A DNA stretch of 63,092 nucleotides, filler included, from Perkinsus chesapeaki ATCC PRA-425 (Eukaryota > Protista > Perkinsozoa): assembly GCA_013115145.1 (NCBI GenBank). It is 8 parts of 8 records of this genome, joined end to end, with 100 filler letters (N's around TTAATTAATTAA, not from the genome) between each part and the next. Parts side by side here need not be neighbours in the genome. Positions count along the whole stretch, not along the records: positions 1 to 15,084 come from JAAPAO010000733.1; positions 15,185 to 43,620 come from JAAPAO010000473.1; 6 more parts are not named here. One strand, 5' to 3'. Shown piece by piece: positions 11,101 to 26,320 of this stretch (positions are counted from its first letter, which is position 1; each line of letters opens with the position of its first letter). Under the pieces are notes generated by a model. It was not told the origin of the DNA and did not search any database. It saw nothing but the letters and a program-made list of their open reading frames with translations. Both the position numbers and the translations under genes were made by a program.

Positions 11101-12056
11101 TTTGATGGCGGACCTTTCAACGTCTGAAAGGATGATAATACAGTGTAGGATAGGTCACTGGTGGCATCTATCCGCCACTGATACAACACGGTTGATCCAT
11201 TGCTACAATATGAATCACAGTGGTCTAAAATGTTCCTACTTAGAGCCTCACGTAGCATCGTTACACACTAATTGGTAGATACGAGATGTTTTGTAGTTTA
11301 GTTTATAATATATTATTATTGTCCCTGTGTTATTTTCATAACATTATACAGAGAAGTATTTACTTTATCTATTCGATGATACATATACCATAAAAAATAA
11401 GCACAGTGAATTACTATGTTGCATTTTCCTCTTTCGGCACGTCATTTTACCAGCCGACCATTAATTTTACACGCTTGGAGACCATATAAGTAAATGAACG
11501 TGCACCGGTAATGTCTATCTGAATAACGCACTATTACCACTATAACATGTTGATCGGGTGCTTTCCCAAGTCCTGAGCCCTCAGAAGCATATCTCCCAGT
11601 AGAGTCAATAATAACATCAATCACCTCATCCGATACTATTCCTGAGGTTAAGCACGTAAGATACAAAATAGCTCAACTTAGATGCCTCACCCAAACCACC
11701 AGAAGGTCCCTTTTCCGCAATAACAATTCCCAACAATTCTTCCTCAGTTAATGGGCTCTTCATCCGAGTCGGCCCCAAATGCACCTGCATCATCGTCATA
11801 CCGCTCCCTCCCCCAAAATACCTTTCCTACCCCCAAACGAATTAAGTACGGCATGAATATTTTAGGCAAATTCTTCGCTCTAAAAACAACCATCGTATTT
11901 CTCATACCGCTCTCTCCTCTACTACTTTGTTTCAATTAATCTCCCAGTTTCCCCTCGTCGCATGAATTTTCCATAATCTGGCATTTCCAAGGTTTCGGCC
12001 AACAGTGAGCCGTCGGATGTCAGCCCCGTTGCCAACGAGCTCGTCACGGCCGACAT
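8188..12056 (-). CDS. Hypothetical multi-exon protein (orphan); exon chain only partly resolved
   Basis: ATG at 12056 (MSAVTSSLATGLTSDGSLLAETLEMPDYGKF...) is followed by short GT-AG-bounded open segments, e.g. TLKGPPSKSTIKVGEVIALPDNAATVNVLYIEDTV and VPSSVAEAFKQLLDRLAALEQENNHMAQ. The 3' end is uncertain, and this may be more than one gene. Confidence 0.4.
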
Positions 12057-12184
12057 TCCGGAGAAATGGCTAAGTCCAGAGATCCGAGATTAATATCCCA
12101 CTAGAATTCAAAACATACTATTCCGCACGAGTGAAACAGTCTGCACGGACGAGGCCACTACAAGGTTCATCAGTAATCTCCAGT

Positions 12185-14934
<2,750 letters not shown>

Positions 14935-15084
14935 ACGAAAGGAGGAGGCTTTCAGAAACTTATGAAACTGAAAATCGACCGGACTATCGAAGTAACAGTG
15001 TCAACCTGAATATTGTAGATGCATGACGTTTGTATATCTGTGATCCTTCGCTTCGCTCATGCGAGCGCGGTTTCATTTCCGTTT

Positions 15085-15184
15085 NNNNNNNNNNNNNNNN
15101 NNNNNNNNNNNNNNNNNNNNNNNNNNNNTTAATTAATTAANNNNNNNNNNNNNNNNNNNNNNNNNNNNNNNNNNNNNNNNNNNN
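15085..15184. other. Assembly gap spacer (N44-TTAATTAATTAA-N44)
   Basis: Identical 100-nt spacers occur at 15085-15184, 43621-43720, 50351-50450, 52148-52247, 54155-54254, 58200-58299 and 61310-61409. The 12-mer places stops in all six frames, and the true gap size is unknown. Confidence 0.97.
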
Positions 15185-15299
15185 AGCCTAGCGGTTTCTT
15201 CTACACAAAAAGATATCTTGGCGAGCGAGAACGGCGGTGAGCCTTCGCACGCCACATACGAACGATTAATGCCAGGGTGGATTTTTTCACGCACTTATA

Positions 15300-17550
15300 T
15301 AATCTCCCTTGCTTGCCATAGGACTTAGATATTGTTGTTTGGGTATGTCGGTAGGAGCTCCAGATCCAGTGCTTGTGCAGGCCGTCGAGGTCCTCTTCAA
15401 CTATCGAGTAGTATCTTGCGCGGGGTCTTATCTTAACCTACTTTGTATCTTTCTCAGTCCGACCCTTCTGATCGTCAAAAGGCAGAGCAATACTGCAACG
15501 GTAATGCCGCTGCTGACCTCAATGGTATCTTTGTTTCCTAGAGACCAAGCAGAGGTCGGATGCCTGGGAAATACTTTCGAGATGCGCCTTCGCTCCTAGT
15601 GGTGTCTCTATGGAAGTAAGCAGTCCGTCACTGGGATTCGAACCAGATACCTACCGCAGGCCCAGTTTTGGAGCCTCCAAGCCCTCTCGCAGCTGGCACC
15701 AGGCCTGAATCTTGCCCAACGGCAAGGGGGTAGTGCTTTTCTATCAACCTCCTGCGTATCTTACGGTTTCAGTTCGGCAAGCTCTCTGCCATTACGTGAC
15801 GTCCGTGCTGGCGCCGGGCACTGAGGTCCCGGTGGCCATTGTAAATCGGATAGCAGTGCTATATATGCAACTCATGTGTGATGATTACCAATCTGGAGTT
15901 TGGTAGTATCTTTCTAAAAATCTTCATAGTGCGAAAAAGTATCTTAGGTCAAGTGCTATAAAGGACCTTTTACAACTCTCTTCCACCAGCGATCGTGGGC
16001 TCGACTTTATGCTCCGCGTTCTGATCTCGCTTGATCAAGAACTCATCGGTGATGATGTTAGGTAAGAATCTTACTGCTAAGTCGACCTTGAAACCGTAAG
16101 ATACTTTTAAGGTCGACTAGTGAGCCTCGCTTAACTCTCTCGTTCAGGAACATGCATGGTAGTGGTGAGAACTCCCTCCCTATGAGAGTGAAGGACACTA
16201 TGCGGGAGAGCGGTAATCGCGATTAGTCATCTTCGGAATCCTCCTGTATAGGTGACATCAATCGCATAGTTGAGGTACTCTTCAACTCCTTGACAGCCGG
16301 CAAATCCACCGAGCTGTCACTAAACGTCTTGTCTAGGTAAGATACGGAAAATCTTCCCAGTGCGTGACGGGGGCCTCAGGTATGTTGCGTGGGCGGAGAT
16401 AACGCTGTTTGCTAATGCCCACTTCATAGAGCTCGTCACCAAGATCGTTGAGTCCAATACATGTACTTTGGAGCAATGTAGTGTGGGGTTGGGAGGAGGT
16501 GCCGCCGATGTTGCCTAACGTTTGTGATACAAATGTCTTTTAGAAGCTATCACTGTATTTCTGGGCCTTTTTACTCAAGAGTTGTGCTTGAGGCGATTGA
16601 TTGACAACTTTAGGATACTCGATACACGCATGATAGAATCTTGGAGCCTCGACGAATGAACTCTCTGTGACCATTTGTTTCACGCGAATGGTTGTAGATT
16701 CGATCGGATATCTCAACTTGGTCACATTGCTTTGTCCAGTTGGCGTGCTGTTCAGGTCAGCATGTGTGTACTTTCATCGCTGCTATGTGCCATAAGAAGA
16801 TGTCGCCAGCCAAGAGGCTCACTATGGTGTTAGAATTGGATCTATTAGGGTAGTGCCTACTGAGACCAAGAGCCTCTTAATTTCCACTTAGGCACATGGA
16901 GCGTATGACTAAGGCATGCCAAGCTGACTCGAGGAAGCTCGCCAAAGTATCGGAAATGTAGTGCGGGGGGAAACGGCTGCTGACAGGACAGGATAGTCGA
17001 GGGAATCTCGCCGCAGTTGAGAAGCTGTGAATTTCTTAGGCCGATTCCAGTGGTCATCAGAAGGAAGTCGATTGGTCTATTCCTGTTAGGTACGACAAGG
17101 TCTCTGAGAGTGTGATGGAGTCCCAGATGCTCATACGCAATACAATTAGTGCCGCCGATACCTCAGTTATGGCCGCGTGGCGATGCGTAAGGCGCCAGCT
17201 CCAGCGCGGGGCATTCGACGACTTTAGGTGCAAAATTTGGTAGTGGCGCTGCTGGAGCAATTCTATGCCAATGGCTCCTTCGAGATAGCGGCCTCGGTCG
17301 ACAACTCTTTACAAATATTCTTGGGGAACGTTCGTAAGGTAGTTGCTGGTGCTGCCTGTGGGGGTATTGGAGTATTGGTGGTTAGATGATAAGTAGCAGT
17401 GGTGAGGAGGAAGGCAAGGGACTTAAGGAGGAGGTTAAGCCAGTTGTTACGGAGGTTATGCGATTGTCATTGGTACTACCTCGGGTGGTCATGCTAGCCG
17501 CCGCCGGTGGTGATCACGCGGCAATTCACCGATCTGTTGCTACTGAGACC
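15300..17550 (-). mobile_element. Heavily decayed non-LTR retrotransposon-like remnant
   Basis: RT-like fragments in the expected order on the minus strand: LRPPSRTGKIFRIL (~16370), SYGFKVDLA (~16100), FIALDLRYFF (~15950), VRYAGG (~15755). It is riddled with stops, so the motif matches are weak. Confidence 0.4.
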
Positions 17551-17820
17551 GTTTGCCGCTCTCCGCTTTGAGGGACTTGTTGTGTACCCGGAAGATTGTG
17601 GATGACCATTCACGTGCGTTTCCCAGCTTAACATGGTAAAATTCTATTTTTGGGGATGTAGACAAAATAGTTCTAGGTATTTTAATGGTCTATTATTTGT
17701 ATCATACTGAGATCGCTATATACCGAACTCCATCTCCTTGTCAGATTCACCTATGCTATCCTCAATGGTTCAATCATGAAAGTAAGTATGGGCCCATGGT
17801 GAGTAGGACCCCTCGAGCAG

Positions 17821-19857
17821 GTCCGGCAGCCACGGCGGTGGCGGCGGCGATGGTCTCCAGGACCAATTCCCGCTGCCCCTCGTCGCCGGCCTCCAGCACT
17901 GGCGAGGCGGCTTGCCTATCTGACGAGTCTACATCAGGACAACAGAAACCGCTGATCGCATTTAGGCATAATGTTTCTGGTGAAAGTTCGCGGGTTCGAA
18001 TCCCCGTCGCGTCGTTTCCATAAATCCTCCTATCTTTTTTGTGATTTTTTCGACGCTATATTGTTCAGGTGACGATGTTGAGGATGGCACCGAGCAGGAA
18101 GTCGCGTTCTCAGAGTTCCGATCGGATGTGTGCAAATTAATAAGGAAGGCGCTGGCGGTGGATAAGGACGTACTACCTGGGAGAGGGAGGAGGAGGCGGC
18201 TGCTGGTCTATGGAACGTTTGACAGACTGCGTTGGACTTTGTGAGAAATACGGTAGCATCGATCACGCAGGGGAATCAGGCAGCAGCTCTGGCAGATAAC
18301 CAGCTGGAAGCATGTAAGAGTTAAATAGGCCGCTCGTTTGGAAAACGTATCTTAGGTTTAACCATGCTTCATGTATGTGGCGAACAAAAGGCCTACGAGA
18401 ACGAGCTTGGTCCTACAGCGACTCAAATTCTGCATTGTCCAGCCATTATGCAGCACCGCAGTTGGCTGGTGCAACTGCAGACGCTTGAGCTCATCTGCAA
18501 GTATTCGGGAGCAGCTTCCCGCTGCATCGATCCCGTGTGCCTCCCAGCGCTGGTGGGCGGGGTACGATCTAAAAATCCGAAGGTCGCCAAGCGAGCGTCC
18601 TTCCTGCTGGTGAAGTTTTGTAAACAGCATAAGGCCGCGGTTGCCCCCGAAGTGGGGCCGTTCGTGAACGAGCTGTCGTCGTCGTTGGCGATCACTCCTG
18701 GCCAGGCCGATAGAGATTATCAAGATAACCTCTACGAGGCAGTTGGAACGCTGCTGTCGCAGGATCTAGATGAGCAAGTCATGACTCTTCTCGCAGTACT
18801 AGGGCAGTTCTCTACTGTGCTCGATCGGGGAGGAGGGGATCTGGTGGCGGTGCCCCCAGGGGGGACTACAGCGGATTGCCTCTACAACAGGGTCATGCTG
18901 GCATTGGCATCGCTGGCGAAGGCTATTGAGAAGTGTTCGGTTGGCTTGGAAGCCTGGGATATGGTCCTTGGGAAGTTGCGGGCGAACTTTGCCCATGTAG
19001 CGGTGGACAGGGTTATTCGGCAAAGCATGATACTGCTCTGTCGGCAGCTCCTGCAGACTCTGCCATCCGAGCGTTTAGCACCGGTGCTGAGCGACGTTCT
19101 CCCAGTGGTGAAGGCGAACTCGACGAGTCAAAGTTCAGATATGGTAGAGTTCCTTGGATTTGTGGCCCACTTGATCACACAGTCAGACGCGGAGCTGGGG
19201 CGGGGGCTGGTGACCTCGCAGGTGCCGGGATTGGTCAGCGATCTGGCTCCAGCATGGCAGAGCATGCCGGTGGACTCGCCAGAGACCAGGAGGGAGAAAC
19301 TGGAACTAGGCGTGGCGATCCTTGGACTTCTCAGAGATTCTGCTACCAAGCAGACGGAGGCCTTTGTCGAGGTCCTCCGGAGTACTCCGGCCGTGCTTGC
19401 TCTGATCAAGCTCTGTATCGGCACCCCTGGCGAGGTGCAGCTCTACACCGCTAGTGTTCAGATAGTCTCTCGATTGGTCGAGGCCACGACCCGAGCGACG
19501 GACCCCGAGTTCATAAGGGTCATGCTGGCTGATCTGCTCAATCTTCCAGAGCTGCTGCCGATCTGCGTAGCCTCGATGCGACAGCTGAATGTGAATGACT
19601 ACGAATCGGTGAAGGCGGTGTTCCTGGTGAGCCAGATGTTCCGAAATGTGGCGCTTACTCAGAAGGCTCTGCCCCCCGAGTCCCAGTCTAGGATCCAGAG
19701 CGTCCTTCAGAGCACCCTAGGCGGCGGTCTGGCCGAGAGCCCAGAGTTGGCGCGGTTCTACGACGGCGTTATTAACGGCAGCCTTCCTCCCACCCAACTG
19801 AGAGAGACCTTGCTGCAGTGTGTGAAGATCACAATAGCAAAACTGAATGGTGCTTGA
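17821..19857 (+). CDS. XPOT: Exportin-T (Los1/XPOT)-like HEAT-repeat protein; only the C-terminal ~60% is identifiable
   Basis: EQEVAFSEFRSDVCKLIRKAL, NQLEACLTMLHVCGE, VQLQTLELICKY, GVRSKNPKVAKRASFLLVKF and QDNLYEAVGTLL parallel remembered XPOT segments (EAMFVEYRKQL, GLRHSSAKVRSRTAYLFSRF, DQLFIYETAGVLI). The large last exon is 18358-19857. Confidence 0.75.
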
Positions 19858-20599
19858 ATGGGTGCTTGCCGCCTTGGATATGATTACCATCTCTTACGTA
19901 CTACTTTCTACTGCCCGATGGTTGAGTTGGCTGAGTATCTCCGCAATGCTCGAATACAGTTTCCTGTTCAAGCAGGGCGTCTCAGGATGTCTACTACCTC
20001 ATCGGAAGCGCCGTCATCATCGGCACCTGAGGTCCCCGTGGATGGCCATAAAATCACCAGCGGTGAGCCGTCAGTGGCCACTAGATTGTCGTTTGCCTTC
20101 GCCAACCTTCTTGGTCCCACTTACAGCGGTAAGTCACCTGGGAGGAGGGGATGCTTTACGCTCGGCAATCTATTAATGCTAGTATTCGGGGTAGCTCTGG
20201 CAGGCTTGTGATGGGGTATTGAGCACCAGGCTGGCGAGCTCCCCCACTCCTCTGGACCACTACACATACCTGGATCTGCTACAAGCACTTGCCATCTACT
20301 ATCTGTAACATATGACGGGGTCTTGGTTTTTGTGCACTGTGGAGGAATCCAGAAGGTTCTCACTAGTAAATGTTAAATACTATTAATGACATTTTCCTAT
20401 GGTCCTTCTGTATTCATAGCATTTATAAACCCTCTAACACAAAACCGAATCGACCTACCGAATCTTTTGCCTGTCCAGTGTATAGATTTTACGGAAGCGG
20501 ATCAATTTCGTTGTCCTGCAGTCCTCCCCTTAGCCACCACAGGCAAGCTCGGTGCCTGTTAGGGAATTGAGTCAGGCTATTATGGCCGTGGCTTGTGGC

Positions 20600-23500
20600 T
20601 GGTAGTATGAGGCCCGTTCTTTATGCTCAGGTGGTCCAGTAAGATTCTCAGCCCCAAGCACAGCTGCCATGTCAGCCAGTAGCCAACCTCCGCCCTCTCT
20701 CCTACTGTCTACAGTATCTTCCAGGGTAAGAGTTGGTGCTAGCAGGCGATGGTGGTGGCAAGGTGGAGCTTTCAGATTCAAGTCACAGACTTGTTAAGGT
20801 CAAACAGGACCATGTGCCTTCCTATGGAAGTTCGGGGATCGGCAGTGGCCGCTATGACGGTAGTATTATTTCCTCGGGCTTGGTTGTTATTAGTAGCATA
20901 AGACCGTGTTAGTTTCGCCACCAACCGTGGGAGTAAGGGCTTCCATATGGCGGACCGCTATGTGAAAATCCTTACTTGCACCCGAGTGAGTACCTACTGT
21001 GAACTTCACAATAGGTTTTTAGTTCCTCTCACTGCGAACTCACTAGAGCTCACAGTGTGAAGGTCTCTAGGTTGCTCCTCGCAACGTATCCGTAGACCAT
21101 TTCAGCGATACGATATGACCTAGAGCAATTAAACGTCAATCTCTTATTCCTGCATATTGCCCGTGCCTCCGTTCTGTCTCTTCCTGAGTGGCCTGTAGTA
21201 GCGTATCTTCAACAGTGCCATCCTCTCAGGCCTCACCAAACAACTCTCTCCTCTTCACCGTTGACACCGATGGTTTTGCCATGGTTGTAGCACTCAGCAC
21301 AGGCTTCGTCCTACACAGGATGAACTTGAAAACCAAGACCGTCCGAGCAGCCGAGTTTTCGCCAGGTTAGCCAAGCGTCACCGGTGCTGTTAGGGATCTC
21401 CGGACTGCTCAGATGGTCGCTATATCGCTGTGACTGCCGGCCGTAAAGTGGTGGTTTGGTACGCTCCTTCGGCAGCGACAGGCTGGCAGATGGTAGTGCA
21501 GTGGGTTTGGGGAGGAGACAGTGTTGGTGGTTAGGTCGTGAAACACACATTTGCGGGGCACATTGACGAAGTTATGCACCTCAGCTGGTCTGCTGACTCC
21601 AACGCACTTATTTCTAGCGGAAATGACATGATGGTAAGCGGCAGCTCTTCCATTCGAAAGGGTGCCGGTTCAATTACTGGTCGGTGCATTTTATTCTTTC
21701 AGGTCCGCGTCTGGATACTCGACCATGCCAAGAGTGACCTCCCGTCGGGGTGCCTCGTAGAGCATCAGGCACCAGTAAGGGGCAGCTATTTCGGCAAGTC
21801 CGGCAAAGATATTTACTCACTCGCCAGAAATGGGTACGAAGATCGCCATGGATCTCTGCTCCCCACGGGTGGTTGCCTTTCAGTTTCCTCCTTCATTGGA
21901 AGGTCGATGATTCCGGCAGTTGGACTCTGCAATCTAAGGATCACTTGGATGCAGTAAAGGTATGGTATATCGGACGTGTCATATGCTTCAGCCTCCGTTT
22001 CAGGGCGGTAGCGTCACTGCTGTTGGTTTCGACGCCTTCAGCGATATGATGGTCATCGGCCTTAGCCAGGGCATCTTTGCACTGTAAGGCTGCTGCTAGT
22101 GCCGACGAGCCCATTCTTCTTGACAGATACGAGGTGACGACCCTGGCGCTTCTCCAGGAGCTCTCCCTGGTCAGCGCCACCACCTTGGGTGGCTCTGCCG
22201 GCTGCTCTATCACACATGCCGACATCAGTAGACATTTGCTGCCAATCAGACAGACATAGACTATTTGATCAGGTCTCGGCGGTGATTGGATCTGCATTGG
22301 TTCTGCCCATGCCCGCCAGCTCCTGGTCTACGAGTGGCGGAGCGAGACGTGGATCCTGAAGCAGCAAGGCCACCACCACGGAGTCGGCAGCATCAGCAAC
22401 AATCGGCTTTTTCCCACCCCTTCTCTTTTAGGTCCGCTGTGTAGCCTACTCCCCGCTCGCTGGCAGCACTCGGCCCAAGGCCGGTGGTACCATCACGGCT
22501 GGCCAGAACCACAGGCAGCTGCTAGCCACTGGCGGCATGGAGGGCAAAGTGAAGCTGTGGGACACTGGTGAGTTGCCCGACCCCAACTCCTCGTGACGTT
22601 GACCTGCTCAGTCTCTGGCTTCTGCTATGCTACCTTTGCTGACCACACCTCAACCGTAGAGGGCGTCTGCTTCACTCCGACCGGCAATGCGATCATCTCG
22701 GCCAGTCTGGATGGTAGCGTTCGGGCCTACGATTCACTGCGGTATAGGAACTTTCGAGTGAGCCACTTTTGCCGTGGTGACTATCCTCACCACGTCTGCA
22801 CAGGTCATGACAGCCCCCTCCTCCTCCGGCCTCGTGCAGTTCACAACAGTCTCGGTTGATGGTGGCGGGGATGTGGTAGCCGCTGGCGGCACTAGCGCTC
22901 AAGCAGCCGGCGCGGTGTACCTCTGGGCACTGAAGACAGGAGATTGCATTGACGTAGGAGAAGTGGGCAATATCGTAACTCATCAGTGGTGGTATGTCTC
23001 TGTGAAGGGGGGATGCAAAACGCACTGAATCAGCGCCAAGGGGTCATGGAAGAACAGATCATATCCATACCGTGGCAGCAGTGGGACAGTGGCGCTCGAC
23101 GTATCTCCTTCCGCTCGCAGAAACGTTCCGATCAACTTGTTCATATCAGAGTTGTAGCGGCAATTTTTCGATCCAAAAAGTCTTTCACTTTCGAGTAACA
23201 TATTTCTGTCACGCTAGGTGCTTCCCTGTCCATCACAGTGGTGCACTTTCATGGGTAACCATTTACCCAATGATTCGCACGCTTAGCCTATTCTCGGATA
23301 TTTAATTTTGCTGAGTATCAACTGTTGCCTCGAGCAACTTTCAACCATGTAGATTTACGGTTTTTGCATCAGATTCTCTCTGGTCATGAAGCCCGAGTAT
23401 CTGCGCTTGACTTTTGCTGGGATTCTTCCCTCCTTGCCTCGACCTCCTGGGACAGAACCCTACGAGTGTGGGACGTCTACGGAAGGTAACTACCATGTCA

Positions 23501-25330
23501 AGCATTCTATTTGCACACCTTGTATCAGGCAAACCAAGGCAGGGAGCGGTGAGAGCCTCATCCACCAGGGGCAGGTCACCGCCTGTGCGTTCGCCCGCAA
23601 CACAGAGAAAAACATGTAGGGCTTTTTGGGTTGATCCTGTCTTATCGTAGCTGTCAGTCTGGCAACTGCAACTCAAGCTGGTCATATATATTTCTGGGAC
23701 ACCACAGAGGGTCGAGAGATGGGCGGCAGCATCGATGCCAGCAGGGACATAGCAGCCGGCCGCGGCCAAGGTGACCGAAGTGAAGCCTCTTTATTAGCAC
23801 CTAACGTCTTGTTCAGGGGGCCGGGCATCTGGCGGCCTCACTAGTGGCAAGAAAGCACGCCGTGATGGTACAGGCGGTTTGGCCGACATCACTCAGTAAG
23901 TTGGAATCTTTGTAGTGCGCAAGATATCTTCTTCAGGTACTTCACAGACCTTTGCTTCAGTCCAAACGGTCAGTGGCTCGCTGCAGTGTGCCCGAGATCA
24001 CCGTGAGTGGCGCTGTCTTGTGATAGAAGTATATCACCTTGTCAGGTATCTGATGATCTACGATACACGTTTGCGGGTGTTGCTCTGCCGAACCACTATG
24101 ACTTGCGCACAGGGCAACATCATCGGCACCAAGAGGTGGGTCAGAACTGGCGAGCTGTAGCTCTTCCTTTGGCCCGTATAATGATACCGAGTCGAACTTC
24201 CCTGCTGATATTCAGCGATACATGTTTCCGATGATCACTTTTCTCGGCACCGCGTTTGCGCCCTGTGCGCCACTTGTTATTGAGGTGTGCTTCACTGAAT
24301 ATATCGATCGTCGGTTGTGTCGTGGTGAAATGGCGGAGCTAGTCTGTCGGGGACTAAGAGGATTACTGCGCAAGTCTGGTAGGTTCTTGAACAGCAAGTT
24401 CGACAGAGGAACCGACACCGGTGCGGCCCTGGAGATAGCCACTCAGGACCAGGAGTAAGCCGCCATGGTGTCTACCGGCCTGGCATCCATTCCTATCAGA
24501 TACGAGGAGCTCGAAGGCGCTGATAGAAAGCGTAAGAGGATAACGCAAGCCGAACGGCTGCCCGGCGTGAAGGCTGGTTACGGATCGAAGCAGGACTACC
24601 AACTATGGTAGGCGGCAACAATCTCACTGAGGTATCCAAAGATCCCCGCATCAGGCGCGTTTTCGGCCTAACCGTGTCTGGTGACGGCAGACAGGTGTGT
24701 GTTGCGACCAGTCTTGGTGCCCATGTCTTCTCAAGTGATAGAGGTAAGTCTCCGCGTGCCTTTCCTCGGCTACCGTCCTTCAGCATCATCGGCCTCCACC
24801 ATAAGTGATGCGACCACTTCCCTCGCCTTCGCTCCTGTCACCGGTCTGCTGACTGAGCACGTGAATGTAGAAGAGATAGTTAAGATGGTTAAAACTGAGA
24901 ACTGGCCAGCTGCGGTTGTAATGGCCTTGGTCACCGGCGATGGCAAGATTATAGACTATGTGAGTGCCGATGAAACTTATTGGCACACTTTTCAATTCAG
25001 GTATTCGACGCCGTGCCCATGGATCCTCCAGACTCCATCGCAGCATGCATCGGATCGGTCGGTCTCCGATTGCTACCAACATTTATCGCCTCGTTGACTC
25101 GAAGGCTTCGTGACAGCCCCCATCTGGAAGCCAACATGCTGTGGGCTCGACTGGTCAGCTGACTGCCGTGCTCCCTTAGCACCCACCAGAGTGTGTTATT
25201 CAGGCGCTTGAAATGCAGTACCAGAATCTTGATCGGGAACTCCATAACTTCGCCGACGGCAGCGGTACGTTGACCCTTGCTGTAATTGTCAGATGCACTC
25301 TTTAAGGTACCGAAGCCGGATCGACTCTTA
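20600..25330 (+). CDS. PWP2: Periodic tryptophan protein 2 (PWP2/UTP1), WD40 SSU-processome subunit, multi-exon
   Basis: YEARSLCSGGPVRF, SPDGRYIAV, HTFAGHIDEVMHLSWSADS, ADHTSTVEGVCFTPTGNAIISASLDGSVRAYDSLRYRNFR (PWP2 hallmark RYRNFR) and the Utp12-type C-terminus SPHLEANMLW. Both ends are approximate. Confidence 0.9.
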
Positions 25331-26320
25331 GAATAGCCCTCGTGGGCCTACTGGAGCAAGTGTTGGCCCATCGCAAGGCAGCTGATAGTGTCGGATGTTT
25401 GATGAGGGACAATGCTCACGCCTTGATGTACCTTATTAACGAAATAGTTTCTAATGCTGGCCACAGTGGTATTGTAGGTATCTGGCCAATGCTAAGGCAC
25501 CAGTCGATGACAACTGAGTTGTCACTACGTACTAATAAACGTCACTTACCAGCACACTACTACGTTCACGGTTTCTATACCAATATTATCGCGTTTAACA
25601 GTTAGCAATAGTAGACTTTCTGTTACATAGACAAACTGGGCCCAATGGGCTCCTGAGAGAATTGCGATACGATCTGCACTAAGTGCCAGTGGCACTGCCA
25701 CTCCTAAACAGTATGCAACATAATAATTGTTTCACAATTACGGCGTCACAAAGCGTTGCCCCGTTTCATTGCATTTCCCTAGCCTAGTACTCTCAGAACT
25801 CCCTCTTGTTACAAGAGATCCTATGGGTTGAGTTTAGTATCGTAGATCACCCTAATCCGCAACCTGTCTAAAGCTGACAAGGGTCTCCACTGGCATGGCT
25901 CCAAGGTGGATCCATTGATGTACCAGTACTGTACGTACTATTACCACTGATGGACGAAACTCGACACGAGCGACAAGATAATAGAGCAAAGGATCGTCAA
26001 AGAATGCTCGAAAGCATCCTATTAAGTAGAGGATAACCGTGAGGACTAGGTTGCATTATGCAACCCCTAACTGTTACTGCCGATAGCATAGTACTATGCC
26101 CGACCTAGACATCTATACGATGAGATGGTCAAGCCAATAAGAGTTACGATTAACTCCCACTTATGACGCCTACTGAGGGGCTTACACAATCGGTTATGCA
26201 CCCCTGACGACAATAGCGATACACAGGATGTACGCTGAGACATGTAATAACTTGAGAACCACATATACGCGGACATCCCTTCGACTGACATTGATGTTGG
26301 GATACAGGATTCTATAACCG

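Noticed and set aside
15129-15140. TTAATTAATTAA recurring seven times inside N-runs
   Set aside because: It is an artificial six-frame-stop scaffold spacer. ORF ends such as ...LIN (43676) and the ORF boundaries at 58247/58248 and 61361 are artefacts.
17990-18020. GGGTTCGAATCCC T-loop/B-box motif in a probable intron of the tRNA exporter gene
   Set aside because: Only a 3-bp T-stem forms, with no D-arm, anticodon arm or acceptor stem; not a tRNA.
19858-20370. Short ORFs between exportin-T and PWP2 (MSTTSSEAPSSS...)
   Set aside because: It could be a small spliced gene, but the splice choices I tried run into a stop and no homology was recognised; left uncalled.
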